This document shows, piece after piece, positions 8,632 to 18,994 of a stretch of DNA of 64,000 nucleotides. The translations under genes were made by a program, and so were the position numbers. This DNA comes from an uncultured Acidobacteriota bacterium. Its GTDB lineage: Bacteria; Acidobacteriota; Polarisedimenticolia; J045. Location of the stretch: contig CAVPCQ010000003.1 of assembly GCA_963702425.1 (NCBI GenBank), forward strand, positions 1-64,000, given 5' to 3'. Under the pieces are notes generated by a model. That model searched no databases. It saw only the letters and a list, made by a program, of their open reading frames with translations, and was not told the origin of the DNA. Position 1 is the stretch's first letter. Every line of letters begins with the position of its first letter.

Positions 8632-10275
8632 ATGCCGCACCCGCTCGCCGGACAGCCCGTCCCCGCCTCGCAGCTTGCCAACATTCCGCGCCTCGTCGCG
8701 GCCTACTATGCCGACTCCCCCGACGTCGGCATCGCGGAGCAGCGCGTCGCTTTCGGCACCTCGGGGCACCGCGGCTCTTCGCTCCGGGGATCGTTCAACG
8801 AGGCGCACATCCTGGCCGTCGCGCAGGCGATCGCCGAGTACCGGAGCGTCCAGGGAACCGACGGTCCGCTGTTCCTCGGCGCCGACACCCACGCGCTATC
8901 CGAGCCGGCGCGCATCACCGCGCTGGAGGTCCTGGCGGCCAACGGAGTGACGGTGATGATCGACGCGGCCGACGGCACCACGCCGACCCCGGCGGTCTCG
9001 CGCGCGATCCTCGCCTACAACCAGGCCCGGATCTCCGGGCTGGCGGACGGGGTCGTGATCACGCCGTCGCACAACCCGCCCGAGGACGGTGGATTCAAGT
9101 ACAACCCGCCGCACGGCGGCCCGGCCGACGTCGACGCCACCGGGTGGGTAGAGAAGCGCGCCAATGAGCTGCTCGCGGCCGGGCTGGTCGGTGTCCGTCG
9201 GATCCCCTATCCGCGCGCGCGGGTCGCGCCGACGACCCGGCGCTACGACTTCCTGGGCGAGTACGTCGCCGGGCTGGACCGGGTGGTCGACATGGATGCG
9301 ATCCGCGCCTCCGGCCTGAAGCTGGCCGTCGACCCGCTGGGCGGCGCCGGAGTCGCCTACTGGGCACCGATCGCAGAGCGCTACGGCCTCGACCTGACGG
9401 TCCTCAACGACGCCGTCGACCCGACCTTCCGCTTCATGCGGCTGGACTGGGACGGCAAGATCCGGATGGACTGCTCGTCGCCGTATGCGATGGCCGGGCT
9501 GATCGCGCAGAAGGACCGCTTCGACGTCGCCTTCGCCAACGACACCGACCACGACCGGCACGGGATCGTCACGCGCAGCGCGGGCCTGCTGAACCCGAAC
9601 CACTACCTGGCCGTGGCGATCGAGTACCTGTTCGCGCACCGGCCCGGCTGGCGCCCCGAGGCAGGGGTCGGCAAGACGCTCGTCAGCTCGTCGATGATCG
9701 ACCGCGTAGCGACGGCGCTCGGTCGTCGCCTGGACGAGGTCCCGGTCGGCTTCAAGTGGTTCGTCCCGGGGCTGCTCGACGGCTCGCTCGGGTTCGGCGG
9801 CGAGGAGAGCGCGGGCGCGTCGTTCCTGGCCATGGACGGCTCGGCCTGGTCGACCGACAAGGACGGTCTGATCATGGACCTGCTCGCGGCGGAGATCGCG
9901 GCCGTCACCGGACACGATCCCGGCGAGCGCTACCGCGCGCTGACCGAACGCTTCGGCGACCCGGTCTACGAGCGCATCGACGCTCCCGCGACGCCGGCCG
10001 AGAAGGCGCTGCTGAAGAAGCTCTCACCGCGCGCGGTGCGCGCGACGGAGCTGGCCGGCGAGCCGGTCGAGGCGGTGCTGTCGCGGGCGCCCGGCAACGG
10101 CGCGCCGATCGGCGGGATCAAGGTCGTCACCGCGAGCGGCTGGTTCGCGGCCCGGCCCTCCGGCACGGAGGACGTGTACAAGATCTACGCCGAGAGCTTC
10201 CGCGGCGTCGATCACCTGCGCCGCATCCAGGAGGAGGCGCGGCAGGTCGTCGCCGGCGCGCTGGCGGGGGCCTGA
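8632..10275 (+). CDS. pgm: Phosphoglucomutase (alpha-D-glucose-1,6-bisphosphate-dependent)
   Basis: [69 protein letters not shown]. Confidence 0.96.
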   Translation: MPHPLAGQPVPASQLANIPRLVAAYYADSPDVGIAEQRVAFGTSGHRGSSLRGSFNEAHILAVAQAIAEYRSVQGTDGPLFLGADTHALSEPARITALEVLAANGVTVMIDAADGTTPTPAVSRAILAYNQARISGLADGVVITPSHNPPEDGGFKYNPPHGGPADVDATGWVEKRANELLAAGLVGVRRIPYPRARVAPTTRRYDFLGEYVAGLDRVVDMDAIRASGLKLAVDPLGGAGVAYWAPIAERYGLDLTVLNDAVDPTFRFMRLDWDGKIRMDCSSPYAMAGLIAQKDRFDVAFANDTDHDRHGIVTRSAGLLNPNHYLAVAIEYLFAHRPGWRPEAGVGKTLVSSSMIDRVATALGRRLDEVPVGFKWFVPGLLDGSLGFGGEESAGASFLAMDGSAWSTDKDGLIMDLLAAEIAAVTGHDPGERYRALTERFGDPVYERIDAPATPAEKALLKKLSPRAVRATELAGEPVEAVLSRAPGNGAPIGGIKVVTASGWFAARPSGTEDVYKIYAESFRGVDHLRRIQEEARQVVAGALAGA

Positions 10276-10455
10276 GGTCGGGCCGCGGCGCGGGCGTCCC
10301 CGGACCGGTGGAAACCCGCCCCTGACGGCCCATTCCGCCACGGCAACGAATCGCCGCGATCGCGCTTTCCGCGCCCCCGTCGCGGCATTAGACTCACTTC
10401 ATCCACCAGGGCTTCCACCGGCGCTGAGCGGGGGCCGGCGGGGAGGAGATCGGCA

Positions 10456-11040
10456 ATGTTCACGGGCCATGGCGACACGACGAACGGACTCCGCCCGGGC
10501 GAGTTCCACGTCCTGCTTGCCCCCAAGGAAGAGGGCGGGACGGTCTACCAGGTCCCGAACGCGCTGCTCGACGAGTTGCTGCGGCTCGAGCAGGACTTCC
10601 TGCCCCGCGTCGGCTGCCGGCTGTTCTTCGAGGACGAGGCTCGCGGGCTGCTCACCCCGTTCGCGGTCCGGCTGTTCCGCAAGGGGTACGCGTCGTTCGA
10701 GCCGAGCGTCCTGGGCGAGCACGCGCTGGTCGTCACCGCGATCCAGCCCGAACTCGAGGCCCGCCTGCACCGGATCCTGGACGACCTCGGATCGGGCGAG
10801 GAGGAGGCGCAGGGGGACGACGTCGTGATCCCCGAGTCCGATCTCCCGTTCGACGGGCCGCTGGGCGCGATGCCGGCGCTCGTGCGCGGCGACAACCGCC
10901 GCCCGCTGATGGGCGTGCGGCCGGGCGACCACCCGGTCGACGTGCTCGAGAACATTCTCTACGGCCGGACCGAGAAGGACGACCCGGAGAGTTCGCACCA
11001 CGGAGAGCACGAGATCAGCGACGGCGTGGACCGGGACTGA
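10456..11040 (+). CDS. Hypothetical acidic protein
   Basis: GGAGGAG RBS, typical high-GC codon usage, fills the gap between pgm and the peptidase; no recognisable motif. Confidence 0.65.
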   Translation: MFTGHGDTTNGLRPGEFHVLLAPKEEGGTVYQVPNALLDELLRLEQDFLPRVGCRLFFEDEARGLLTPFAVRLFRKGYASFEPSVLGEHALVVTAIQPELEARLHRILDDLGSGEEEAQGDDVVIPESDLPFDGPLGAMPALVRGDNRRPLMGVRPGDHPVDVLENILYGRTEKDDPESSHHGEHEISDGVDRD

Positions 11041-11083
11041 CCTCTCGCGGTGGCGGTGGTAACCTCCGCGCGGAGGTGAGTCC

Positions 11084-12547
11084 GTGCGTGTGCGCTGTCC
11101 GCTCCCGTTGACCCTGGCCCTCGTCCTTCCCCTCTCCGCAGCCCTCCTCGCACTCGCCGCCGCCGGACCCGCTGCGGATCCCGCTGCCCCGCCGACGCTG
11201 CGCCTGGACTACTTCCACACCGGCGACGCGCACGGGGAGGTGTTCGCGCTCGACGGCCTGCTGCTCGAGGGACCGTGGCCGGGGCACCTCGCGCGGGCGA
11301 TCGACGACACCAACCTCGGCAAGTACTACTTCGAGGTGATCGACCGCGCGACGAACCGCGTGCTCTACTCGCGCGGCTTCGCCTCGATCTACGGCGAGTG
11401 GGAGACCACCCCCGAGGCCGAGCGCGTCCACCGGACCTTCCACGAGTCGCTGCGTTTCCCCCTCCCGGCGCGGGCGGTGCAGGTCGTGCTGAAGAAACGT
11501 GACCCGTCGAATGCCTTCCGCGAGGTCTGGTCGGTGATGGTCGATCCGGCGGACCCGACGATCGATCGCAGCGGTCCCGTCCCGGCCACGGTGTGGGCCG
11601 TCGTGGAGAACGGGCCGCCGCGGGACAAGGTCGACCTGCTGCTGCTGGGGGACGGTTACACGGCAGCCGAGATGGACAAGTGGCACGCCGACGCGAAGCA
11701 CCTGGCCGAGATCCTGTTCGCGGCCTCCCCCTTCAAGGAGCGGCGCGCGGACTTCAACGTCTGGGCGATCGACACGCCGGCGGCGGAGAGCGGCGTCTCG
11801 CGGCCGCTCGAGGGGATTCGGCGCCGCTCCCCGATCGGCGCGCAGTACGACGCCTTCGGCTCCGAGCGCTACGTCCTGGTCTTCGACAACGAGCGGATGC
11901 GCGACGTCGCCGCGGCCGCGCCGTACGAGGCGGTCGAAGTGGTCGTCAACGGGCGCAAGTACGGCGGCGGCGGGATCTTCAACAGCCAGGCGACGGTCGC
12001 GTCGGACAACGCCTTCACCCCCTATGTCTTCGTCCACGAGTTCGGACACCACTTCGCCGGGCTGGCCGACGAGTACTACGGCTCACCCGTGGCCTACGCG
12101 CCGCAGGACGCGCGCCCCGAGCCCTGGGAGCCCAACGCGACGGCCGACCCGAAGGCGGGCAAGTGGGCGACGCTCGTCGCCCCGGGGACCGCGCTCCCGA
12201 CCCCGTGGCAGAAGGCCGAGTTCGAGGCGCTCTCGAAGGAGATCCAGGACCGGCGCCGCAGGCTCCGCGCGGAGAACCGCCCGGAGACGGAGATGGAGGC
12301 GCTGTTCCGCGAGGAAAGCGCCCGCTCCGCCCCGCTGCTCGACACGCCGCCGCTGAGCGGAACGGTCGGCGCTTTCGAGGGGGCGATGTACGAGGCCGCC
12401 GGCTACTACCGGCCGCAGACCGACTGCATCATGTTCAGCCGCAACCCGGTCCCGTTCTGCGCCGTCTGCCGGCGCGCGATCGAGCGGGTGATCGACCTCT
12501 ACGCCGTCCCGGCCCGGCCGGAGCCGGCCCCCGCAACGAATCGCTGA
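11084..12547 (+). CDS. Peptidase M64 (IgA peptidase family) metallopeptidase, secreted
   Basis: Signal peptide; TLRLDYFHTG N-domain; KVDLLLLGDGYT; KYGGGG; HEFGHHFAGLADEYY; GAFEGA..YYRP..DCIM..FCAVC. Confidence 0.92.
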   Translation: MRVRCPLPLTLALVLPLSAALLALAAAGPAADPAAPPTLRLDYFHTGDAHGEVFALDGLLLEGPWPGHLARAIDDTNLGKYYFEVIDRATNRVLYSRGFASIYGEWETTPEAERVHRTFHESLRFPLPARAVQVVLKKRDPSNAFREVWSVMVDPADPTIDRSGPVPATVWAVVENGPPRDKVDLLLLGDGYTAAEMDKWHADAKHLAEILFAASPFKERRADFNVWAIDTPAAESGVSRPLEGIRRRSPIGAQYDAFGSERYVLVFDNERMRDVAAAAPYEAVEVVVNGRKYGGGGIFNSQATVASDNAFTPYVFVHEFGHHFAGLADEYYGSPVAYAPQDARPEPWEPNATADPKAGKWATLVAPGTALPTPWQKAEFEALSKEIQDRRRRLRAENRPETEMEALFREESARSAPLLDTPPLSGTVGAFEGAMYEAAGYYRPQTDCIMFSRNPVPFCAVCRRAIERVIDLYAVPARPEPAPATNR

Positions 12548-12610
12548 ACCGGCCGCCGAATCGCCGTAACTTGTCTGTCCAGCGGCGGAGCATCGATCGC
12601 GGCTTGAGGT

Positions 12611-14041
12611 GTGCTCGTGGATTTTGCGAACAATTGCGGGGGCTTGCGGATAGGACCGGACCGCCGCACCTTCCTCAAGACGGTCGGCGTCGGCGGCGCG
12701 GCCCTGGCGGCCCATCGATACGCCCGGGCGGCTTCCCCGGCCCGGCCCCGGATCTGCCGCGTCCACCACGTCCCCGTGCCGGACTACAGCTACTCGAACC
12801 GGCACGCTGGGGTCGAGTCGCTGCTCTACCTGCTGGCCTCCGATGGGATCGCCTTCTACGCCTCGTCCTCGGGGCACCCGCTCGCTGCACCCGGCGGCCT
12901 GATCGGCCGGGACGACGTCGTCCTGATCAAGGTCAACGCGCAGTGGAAGTACCGCGGCTCGACCAACACCGACGTCGTGCGCGGCGTGATCCGGCGGATC
13001 CTCGAGCACCCCGACGGCTTCGCGGGCGAGGTCGTGATCGTCGAGAATGGCCAGGGGCGCGGCTCGCTCAACTGCGACACGACCGCCGGATGCGACGGCG
13101 GCACGCGCGAGGTCCAGGCCAACGCGGAGAACGTCTCGCACAGCTTCTCCTACCTGGTCCGGACCGTGTTCAACGACCCGCGCGTCAGTGAGAAGCTGCT
13201 CGACGACTACCGCACGACCTTCATCGCCGCGAACGACCACGTGACCCAGGGCTACCGCACCGTCGGCCGCGTCTCGTACCCCTGCTTCAACACGACCGGG
13301 GGCCGGCGGGTCGAGATGCGCGAGGGGCTCTGGACCGGCGCGGCGCACGACAGCGCGCGCCTGAAGTGGATCAACGTCCCGACGATGAAGGACCACAAGG
13401 ACCTCAACGTCACGGGCTGCCTCAAGAACACCTTCGGCCTGATCACGACCTACATGGAGCCGCTCGCGCACCATGACCCGACGCCGGGAGGTCAGGCGAT
13501 GGGCGAGTTCTTCACGCTCGTCCGCCCGCCGGCGCTCAACATCCTCGATCACATCTGGTGCGCGCACGCCAGCCTGTGCGGCTACCCTTCCGACACGACC
13601 ACGCGCGTCAACATGCTCTGCGCCGGCCTCGATCCGGCGGCAATGGACGCCTGGTCGGCGCGCCACATCCTGATGCCGATCTCGGGCGATCCGGCCCACG
13701 ACCCCGACATTCCGGGGTTCTTCCGCACCTATCTCGAGAACGCCCGCGAAACGATCAACGCCAACGGCGGCCTCTACGGCTCGGAGGTGACTTTCGACGC
13801 CGCGCTGACGACGGCGCGGCACCTCGACCAGCGCGAGATCGTGACCGGGGTGCAGCGCCTCGGCCCCGACCTGAAGGTCACGTGGGCCGGCGGCACCCCT
13901 CCCTACCGGCTCGAGCGGAGCGCTGACTCCCAGTTCTCAGCGCCCCAGCTGGTCGCCAACGGGCTGATGGTCGCCGACTTCGTCGATGCCGGCGCCGGAA
14001 CCGACGGGCGAACCTGGTTCTATCGGGTGCTCGGTCTCTGA
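12611..14041 (+). CDS. Tat-exported DUF362-family protein with C-terminal beta-sandwich domain
   Basis: DRRTFLK twin-arginine motif plus hydrophobic stretch; DDVVLIKVNAQW, STNTDVV, INVPTMKDH, TGCLKN; C-terminal LKVTW...YRLERS...FYRV. Exact start uncertain. Confidence 0.75.
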   Translation: MLVDFANNCGGLRIGPDRRTFLKTVGVGGAALAAHRYARAASPARPRICRVHHVPVPDYSYSNRHAGVESLLYLLASDGIAFYASSSGHPLAAPGGLIGRDDVVLIKVNAQWKYRGSTNTDVVRGVIRRILEHPDGFAGEVVIVENGQGRGSLNCDTTAGCDGGTREVQANAENVSHSFSYLVRTVFNDPRVSEKLLDDYRTTFIAANDHVTQGYRTVGRVSYPCFNTTGGRRVEMREGLWTGAAHDSARLKWINVPTMKDHKDLNVTGCLKNTFGLITTYMEPLAHHDPTPGGQAMGEFFTLVRPPALNILDHIWCAHASLCGYPSDTTTRVNMLCAGLDPAAMDAWSARHILMPISGDPAHDPDIPGFFRTYLENARETINANGGLYGSEVTFDAALTTARHLDQREIVTGVQRLGPDLKVTWAGGTPPYRLERSADSQFSAPQLVANGLMVADFVDAGAGTDGRTWFYRVLGL

Positions 14042-14064
14042 CCGCCAGCTCTGGCCCCTCCTCG

Positions 14065-15621
14065 GTGACCCCGTTCGGCCCCGTCGCGACATACCATGGC
14101 GGAGGCGAAGCGGCCGGGTGGCCGCCCTTCCCGGAGCCCGCCGTGCCGACCGTGCCGACCGCGCCGACGACGACCCGCGTCCTGGCTCGTGCCGAGGAGC
14201 TGGCCCCCTTCGCCGCGGCCTGGAACGCGCTTCCTGCGTCGCGGGGGACGGAGGCCGACCTCTTCGACAGCGCCGCCTGGCTGGCCGCCTGGGCCGCGGC
14301 CACCCCGTCCGCCGCTTCGCGCCTGCGCGCGGTGGCGGCGCTCGATGGCGACCGGCTGGCCGGCGTGCTGCCGCTGGTGGCAGAGACGGGCCGCCGCTGG
14401 AGCGCCGCCGGGCTCGGCTTCCGCCCGCGCTTCCGGCCAGTCGTCGGCGGCGCGGAGCCGCGGGTCGAGATCCTGGAAGCGCTGGCGGACGCGCTGGCCG
14501 CGGCTGGCGTGCGCGAGCTGGCGCTCCCCGCGCTCCCCACTCGCGACCCGGCGACGGAGCGGCTGGAAGCCGCGCTGCGACGGGCCGGCTTCGCGGTCGG
14601 CACGCGCACGGGAGCGGTCGAGTGCTTCACTCGGGCCCCGACCGGCTTCACCGAGCACGCACGGGCGTTCAAGAAGTTCGCCCGCACGGTGAGCAACTTC
14701 AGCAACAAGGGGGAACGGCTCGGGGAGTGGTCGCTTGCGCAGTACGGCTTCCCGGGCGGTCCCGGCAACCCCCTGGCCGGCGACGCCTTCGACGCCTATC
14801 GCGCCGTCCACGCCCGCGGCTGGAAGGGTCCGCTGCGCGAGCCGATGCTCACCTTCCGCCGTGAGCTGCTGAGGCGGACCGCCGATCTCGGCTGGGCCCG
14901 CGCGTTCGTGCTCTCGCTCGCGGGCGTGCCCGCGGCGGCGATGCTGTGGTTCCGCGTCGGCCCGGTCGCGATCGCCTACTCCACGGTCTACGACGACCGG
15001 ATGGCGGCGATCTCCCCGGGCACGATCGCGATGTGGCGCGCACACGAGGCGATCTTCGCCGAGGCCGTGCCGGAGATTCTCGACTATCTCCCGGGCCGCG
15101 GCGCGCAGAAGGACCAGTTGGGTACCGAGCGGCCGCCGCTCGTGACGCTCGAGGCCACGCGCCGCGGACCGATCGGCACGGCCGTCGCCCGCGCGGCGCG
15201 GCCGCTCCGCGCCGCCGCAACCCGGCTGACGCGGTCCCGCCGCCCGGCCGCTTCCTTCGCACGGCACGACGTCGCGCCGCGCGCGGTGGAGCCGACCGCC
15301 GGCCCGCCGTTCCCGATGGCGCCGCTCGAGCTGGATCCGTACGCCGAACTCTTCCTGGCCGTCGCCGGCGGCCACGCCAGCCCGCAGAAGATGCGCGACG
15401 GCTGGGCCGCGGGGGATGCCTGGTGGCGGCTCGGCGAGCCGCCGGTTGCGCTGGCGCGGGTCGGAACGGCCGCTGCGGGGTCGCCGCCCGTGCGCGAAGT
15501 CATCGCCCTGGGCGATGACGAAGCCGCGCTCGACGCGGCGCTCGCCACGCTCGCGCGTCACGCCGGGCGGCGGCTTGCACTCGCCCCCTGTCGGGCCCCG
15601 CTGCCCTGGAAGGCCGGCTAG
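14065..15621 (+). CDS. GNAT (CelD/BcsL, Acetyltransf_6-like) family protein
   Basis: AAWNAL...FDSAAWLAAW, LAGVLPL, YDDRMAAISPG, LDYLPGRGAQK; start uncertain. Confidence 0.7.
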   Translation: MTPFGPVATYHGGGEAAGWPPFPEPAVPTVPTAPTTTRVLARAEELAPFAAAWNALPASRGTEADLFDSAAWLAAWAAATPSAASRLRAVAALDGDRLAGVLPLVAETGRRWSAAGLGFRPRFRPVVGGAEPRVEILEALADALAAAGVRELALPALPTRDPATERLEAALRRAGFAVGTRTGAVECFTRAPTGFTEHARAFKKFARTVSNFSNKGERLGEWSLAQYGFPGGPGNPLAGDAFDAYRAVHARGWKGPLREPMLTFRRELLRRTADLGWARAFVLSLAGVPAAAMLWFRVGPVAIAYSTVYDDRMAAISPGTIAMWRAHEAIFAEAVPEILDYLPGRGAQKDQLGTERPPLVTLEATRRGPIGTAVARAARPLRAAATRLTRSRRPAASFARHDVAPRAVEPTAGPPFPMAPLELDPYAELFLAVAGGHASPQKMRDGWAAGDAWWRLGEPPVALARVGTAAAGSPPVREVIALGDDEAALDAALATLARHAGRRLALAPCRAPLPWKAG

Positions 15622-16271
15622 TGCGCCGCCCCCTGCCAGGGACCGAAGCCGCGGCTCGCCGGGAGGCCCGTCCCCTCCCCCGGCTCGGCGCGGTGCCAGG
15701 TCGCGCCCGCCGCGCGCACGACGCGCAGCGCGTAGAGCAGCTCGAAACCGAGCCGGCGGTGCGAGTTGATCGAGAGCGGGTTGTCGGCCTGGATCGACCC
15801 GAGCACCTCGGAGATCCCGCGCTCCGCCAGCAGCGGCAGCGACTCGATCCAGTACTTGTGGAAGATCCCGCTCAGCCGGAAGCGCGGCTCGACCTCGATC
15901 CCCCAGGCCCACGCCGCACCCGGCCCAAGGGCGAAGCTGTAGCCGTTGGTCCGCGAGCGGTGGCACTCCCCCAGCTCGAACCACCCGAACGCTGCCGGCT
16001 CGCCCGAGACCTCGCCCAGGAAGGCCACCGACCCGCGCTCGAAGTTGACGCCGTAGCCCCCCTTCCGCGGCCGGATGGCCTGGAAGAGCGGCTCGTCCGC
16101 CGGGCCCGCCGGCCGGATCGCCACGTGCGGGAGCGCGCGCGGCAGCGGCCGCGGCCGGATGAGCCGCACGATCGCCAGTTCGTTCGCGCGAAACACCCAC
16201 GCCGGGAAGAACCCGCGCGTCAGCAGCGCGCGCAGCTCCTCGCGCTTCCCTTCGCGCGCCAGCCGGACCAT
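15618..16271 (-). CDS. GNAT family N-acetyltransferase
   Basis: IEVEPRFRLSGI acetyl-CoA motif, DNPLSINSHRRLGF; start taken at MVRLAREG. Confidence 0.72.
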   Translation of the reverse strand: MVRLAREGKREELRALLTRGFFPAWVFRANELAIVRLIRPRPLPRALPHVAIRPAGPADEPLFQAIRPRKGGYGVNFERGSVAFLGEVSGEPAAFGWFELGECHRSRTNGYSFALGPGAAWAWGIEVEPRFRLSGIFHKYWIESLPLLAERGISEVLGSIQADNPLSINSHRRLGFELLYALRVVRAAGATWHRAEPGEGTGLPASRGFGPWQGAAH

Positions 16272-16360
16272 GGTCGAAAGCGATCCCACGCGGTTCCTCG
16301 CGCGGCCGGCCCTTCCATCCCGCGGGTGGCCTCCGCCATGATGGATGATAGCAACTCGCG

Positions 16361-17320
16361 ATGAGCCGCCGCCGCCAGGACAGCTACGCCGTGTCGCGCC
16401 CGAGCGTGACCTTCCCGGAGGAGCCGCTCTCGCCCGAGCTGGCGATCGACTTCCCGGCGGGCTGCCGCTGGGGCCTGGCGCTCTCCCACGACATCGATCA
16501 CCTCTCGCTCGCCGAGCACGTCGCCGACGGACAGCTCGTGCGGATCGTCGGCAACGCGCTGCGCAAGCACCTCGGGCGGCGCCTCGCGCCCGGGCAGGCG
16601 TTGCGCGTGGTGGGCCAGGGGCTCGCGGTGTTCGCCGGCCGCGACGCCTGGGCCGAGTCGGTGGAGGACCTGCTTTCCGCCGAGCGGTCCGCGGGCGTGA
16701 AGAGCACGTGGTTCGTCGCGATGCGACCGGGACTGGGAATCCGCTACACGCCCGCAACGCTCGCCCCCGCGCTGCGCCGCATCCTCGCCGGTGGCCACGA
16801 GGTCGGCCTGCACGGGCAGCACGCCGAGGACGCGCCGCGACTGGCGGCCGAGATCCTCGAACTGGCGGAGCTCGCCGGGCGCGCGGTCGCCGGCGTGCGG
16901 ATGCACTACCTGCGGCTCGCGCCGGCCGTCTACGATGCCGCGCTCCGCTGCGGGCTCGCGTACGACTCGACCGTGATGGACCGCTCGCACCTCGACCCCG
17001 AGCGACTCCCGCTGGCCGGGCCGCGGCTGGTGCGGCCCGGCCTCATCGAGATTCCGCTGCACGTGATGGACTCGACCCTCTTCTCCGCGACGGGGCTGGC
17101 CTTCGACGAAGCGCAGGCGGTGGCTTACGTCCGGCGGCTGGTCGAACGGGCGCGACAGGAGGGACGCGTGCTCGTCGTCAACCTGCACCCCAACTTCTAC
17201 TCGCGCTTCACCCCCGAGGCCCGGGGCTGGTACGACGCGCTGCTGGCGCTGGCGACCGCGCACAGCGACGCGTTCGTGACCACGCTCGACGGGCTGCGCC
17301 CGAGGCTCGTATTGCCATGA
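16361..17320 (+). CDS. Polysaccharide deacetylase family protein
   Basis: LSHDIDH, KSTWF, GHEVGLHG, GVRMHYLR, YDST, EIPLHVMDSTL. Confidence 0.85.
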   Translation: MSRRRQDSYAVSRPSVTFPEEPLSPELAIDFPAGCRWGLALSHDIDHLSLAEHVADGQLVRIVGNALRKHLGRRLAPGQALRVVGQGLAVFAGRDAWAESVEDLLSAERSAGVKSTWFVAMRPGLGIRYTPATLAPALRRILAGGHEVGLHGQHAEDAPRLAAEILELAELAGRAVAGVRMHYLRLAPAVYDAALRCGLAYDSTVMDRSHLDPERLPLAGPRLVRPGLIEIPLHVMDSTLFSATGLAFDEAQAVAYVRRLVERARQEGRVLVVNLHPNFYSRFTPEARGWYDALLALATAHSDAFVTTLDGLRPRLVLP

Positions 17321-18126
17321 CCGAGATCCCCGCTGACCGGAGCGTGCTGGCCGAGCGCAAGGCGCGCTTCTGGGAGACGACCGACTACGACCGCGCCTTC
17401 CGCGGCAGCTTCGGCGGCTACATGACCGGCGTCGAGACCGCGGCCCTCGAGCGGCTGATGGGACAGGAGCGCGCGCCGCTGCTGCTCGACCTCGGCTGCG
17501 GCCACGGGCGCTTCCTGCGCTGGCTTGCACCGCGCGCGGAACGGCTCCTCGGCCTCGACCGGAGCGGACGCCTGCTGCAGGTCGCCGCGGGGTCGCTCGC
17601 CGCGGACCCGCTCCCGATCCCGTGCGGCCTGCTCTTCGGCTCGGCGCAGGAGATCCCGCTCGCCGACGCCAGCGTCGACCGGATCACCTGCGTGCGGGTG
17701 CTGCAGCACCTCCCCGACCAGGACCGCGCGCTGGCCGAGGTCTGCCGCGTGCTCGAGCCGGGCGGGACGCTGATCCTGGTGCAGTACAACTGGGTCTCGC
17801 CGCACGGCATGATCCGGGCCGTCAAGCTCCCGGTGAAGGCTGCGCTGCGGCGCCTGATGCGCCTCGCGGGGCGCGAGCCGGCCTTCGACGAGCCGACGCG
17901 GTGGACCTCGCCCGGCGCCCTCCGCCGCCAGGTCGAGTCGGCCGGACTGACGGTCGAGCGCGTCACCGGCGCGTGGCTCTTCCCCTTGCAGTACTGCCGG
18001 AGCCGGCGATCGAACGACGCCTGGCCCGGTTTCCTGCAGCTCGCGCTGGCGATCGAGAGGCTGGCCGACACCGCTCCCTTCTCGAACCTCGGCGGCTATC
18101 TCCTCGTCCGCTGCCGACGCCCCTGA
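17317..18126 (+). CDS. Class I SAM-dependent methyltransferase
   Basis: ATGA overlap with the previous gene; LLDLGCGHGR, AQEIPLADASVD, RVLEPGG. Confidence 0.88.
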   Translation: MTEIPADRSVLAERKARFWETTDYDRAFRGSFGGYMTGVETAALERLMGQERAPLLLDLGCGHGRFLRWLAPRAERLLGLDRSGRLLQVAAGSLAADPLPIPCGLLFGSAQEIPLADASVDRITCVRVLQHLPDQDRALAEVCRVLEPGGTLILVQYNWVSPHGMIRAVKLPVKAALRRLMRLAGREPAFDEPTRWTSPGALRRQVESAGLTVERVTGAWLFPLQYCRSRRSNDAWPGFLQLALAIERLADTAPFSNLGGYLLVRCRRP

Positions 18127-18127
18127 G

Positions 18128-18994
18128 ATGGGGCTCCGGCACCTCGTCCGACGCTTCCTGCCCCTGCCCGCGCAGTCGGTGCTGCGGCGCGCGTACTACG
18201 ACCCGCTCATCCGGCGCCTCGTCCACGGGCCGGGGGACGCGCTGGACGGGATTCTCGGCAGGCGGCCGCCGCTGCGGCCGCCAAAACGGATCACCTTCGT
18301 CGGGGACGGGGACTTCGACGCGATCGGGGCGGAGTTCCTGGGCTACTTCCGCACCCTCGGCGGCTTGCTGCCGGGGCACCGCGTCCTCGACGTCGGATGC
18401 GGCGTCGGGCGGATGGCGCTTCCGCTGTCGGGCTATCTTTCGCCGGACGGACGCTACGAGGGATTCGACGTCGTCGCCGACGCGGTCCGCTGGTGCCGCG
18501 AACAGATCACGCCGCGCTTTCCGAACTTCCGCTTCCAGCACAGCAACGTCCGGAACTCGATGTACAACCCGCGCGGCGCGGTGCCTGCCGCGGAGTACCG
18601 CTTCCCCTTCCCCGACTCGTCCTTCGACTTCGTCTTCCTGACCTCGGTCTTCACGCACCTGCTGCGAGACGACCTCGACCACTACGTCGCCGAGGTCGCC
18701 CGTGTGCTCGTTCCCGGCCGGCGCGTGCTGGCGACTTTCTTCCTGATGGACGAAGTCGCCCGCGCCCGCGTCGCGGCGGGCACGAGCCCCTCGCGTTTCA
18801 TCTCCTACGAAGGAAATACCTGGGTGATCGACCCGGCCGTCCCGGAGTCGGCGGTGGCCTTCACGGACCACTCAGTCCGCGAGATTCTCGCGCGCCACGG
18901 CCTGACGATCGAGGAGCCGATCCACCGCGGCTCGTGGTCGGGCCGGGCGGACTCCGTCTCGTTCCAGGACCTGGTGATCGCCGTCAGGAGCTAG
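18128..18994 (+). CDS. Class I SAM-dependent methyltransferase
   Basis: VLDVGCGVGR, FPFPDSSFDFVFLTSVFTH, RVLVPG, FQDLVIA. Confidence 0.9.
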   Translation: MGLRHLVRRFLPLPAQSVLRRAYYDPLIRRLVHGPGDALDGILGRRPPLRPPKRITFVGDGDFDAIGAEFLGYFRTLGGLLPGHRVLDVGCGVGRMALPLSGYLSPDGRYEGFDVVADAVRWCREQITPRFPNFRFQHSNVRNSMYNPRGAVPAAEYRFPFPDSSFDFVFLTSVFTHLLRDDLDHYVAEVARVLVPGRRVLATFFLMDEVARARVAAGTSPSRFISYEGNTWVIDPAVPESAVAFTDHSVREILARHGLTIEEPIHRGSWSGRADSVSFQDLVIAVRS

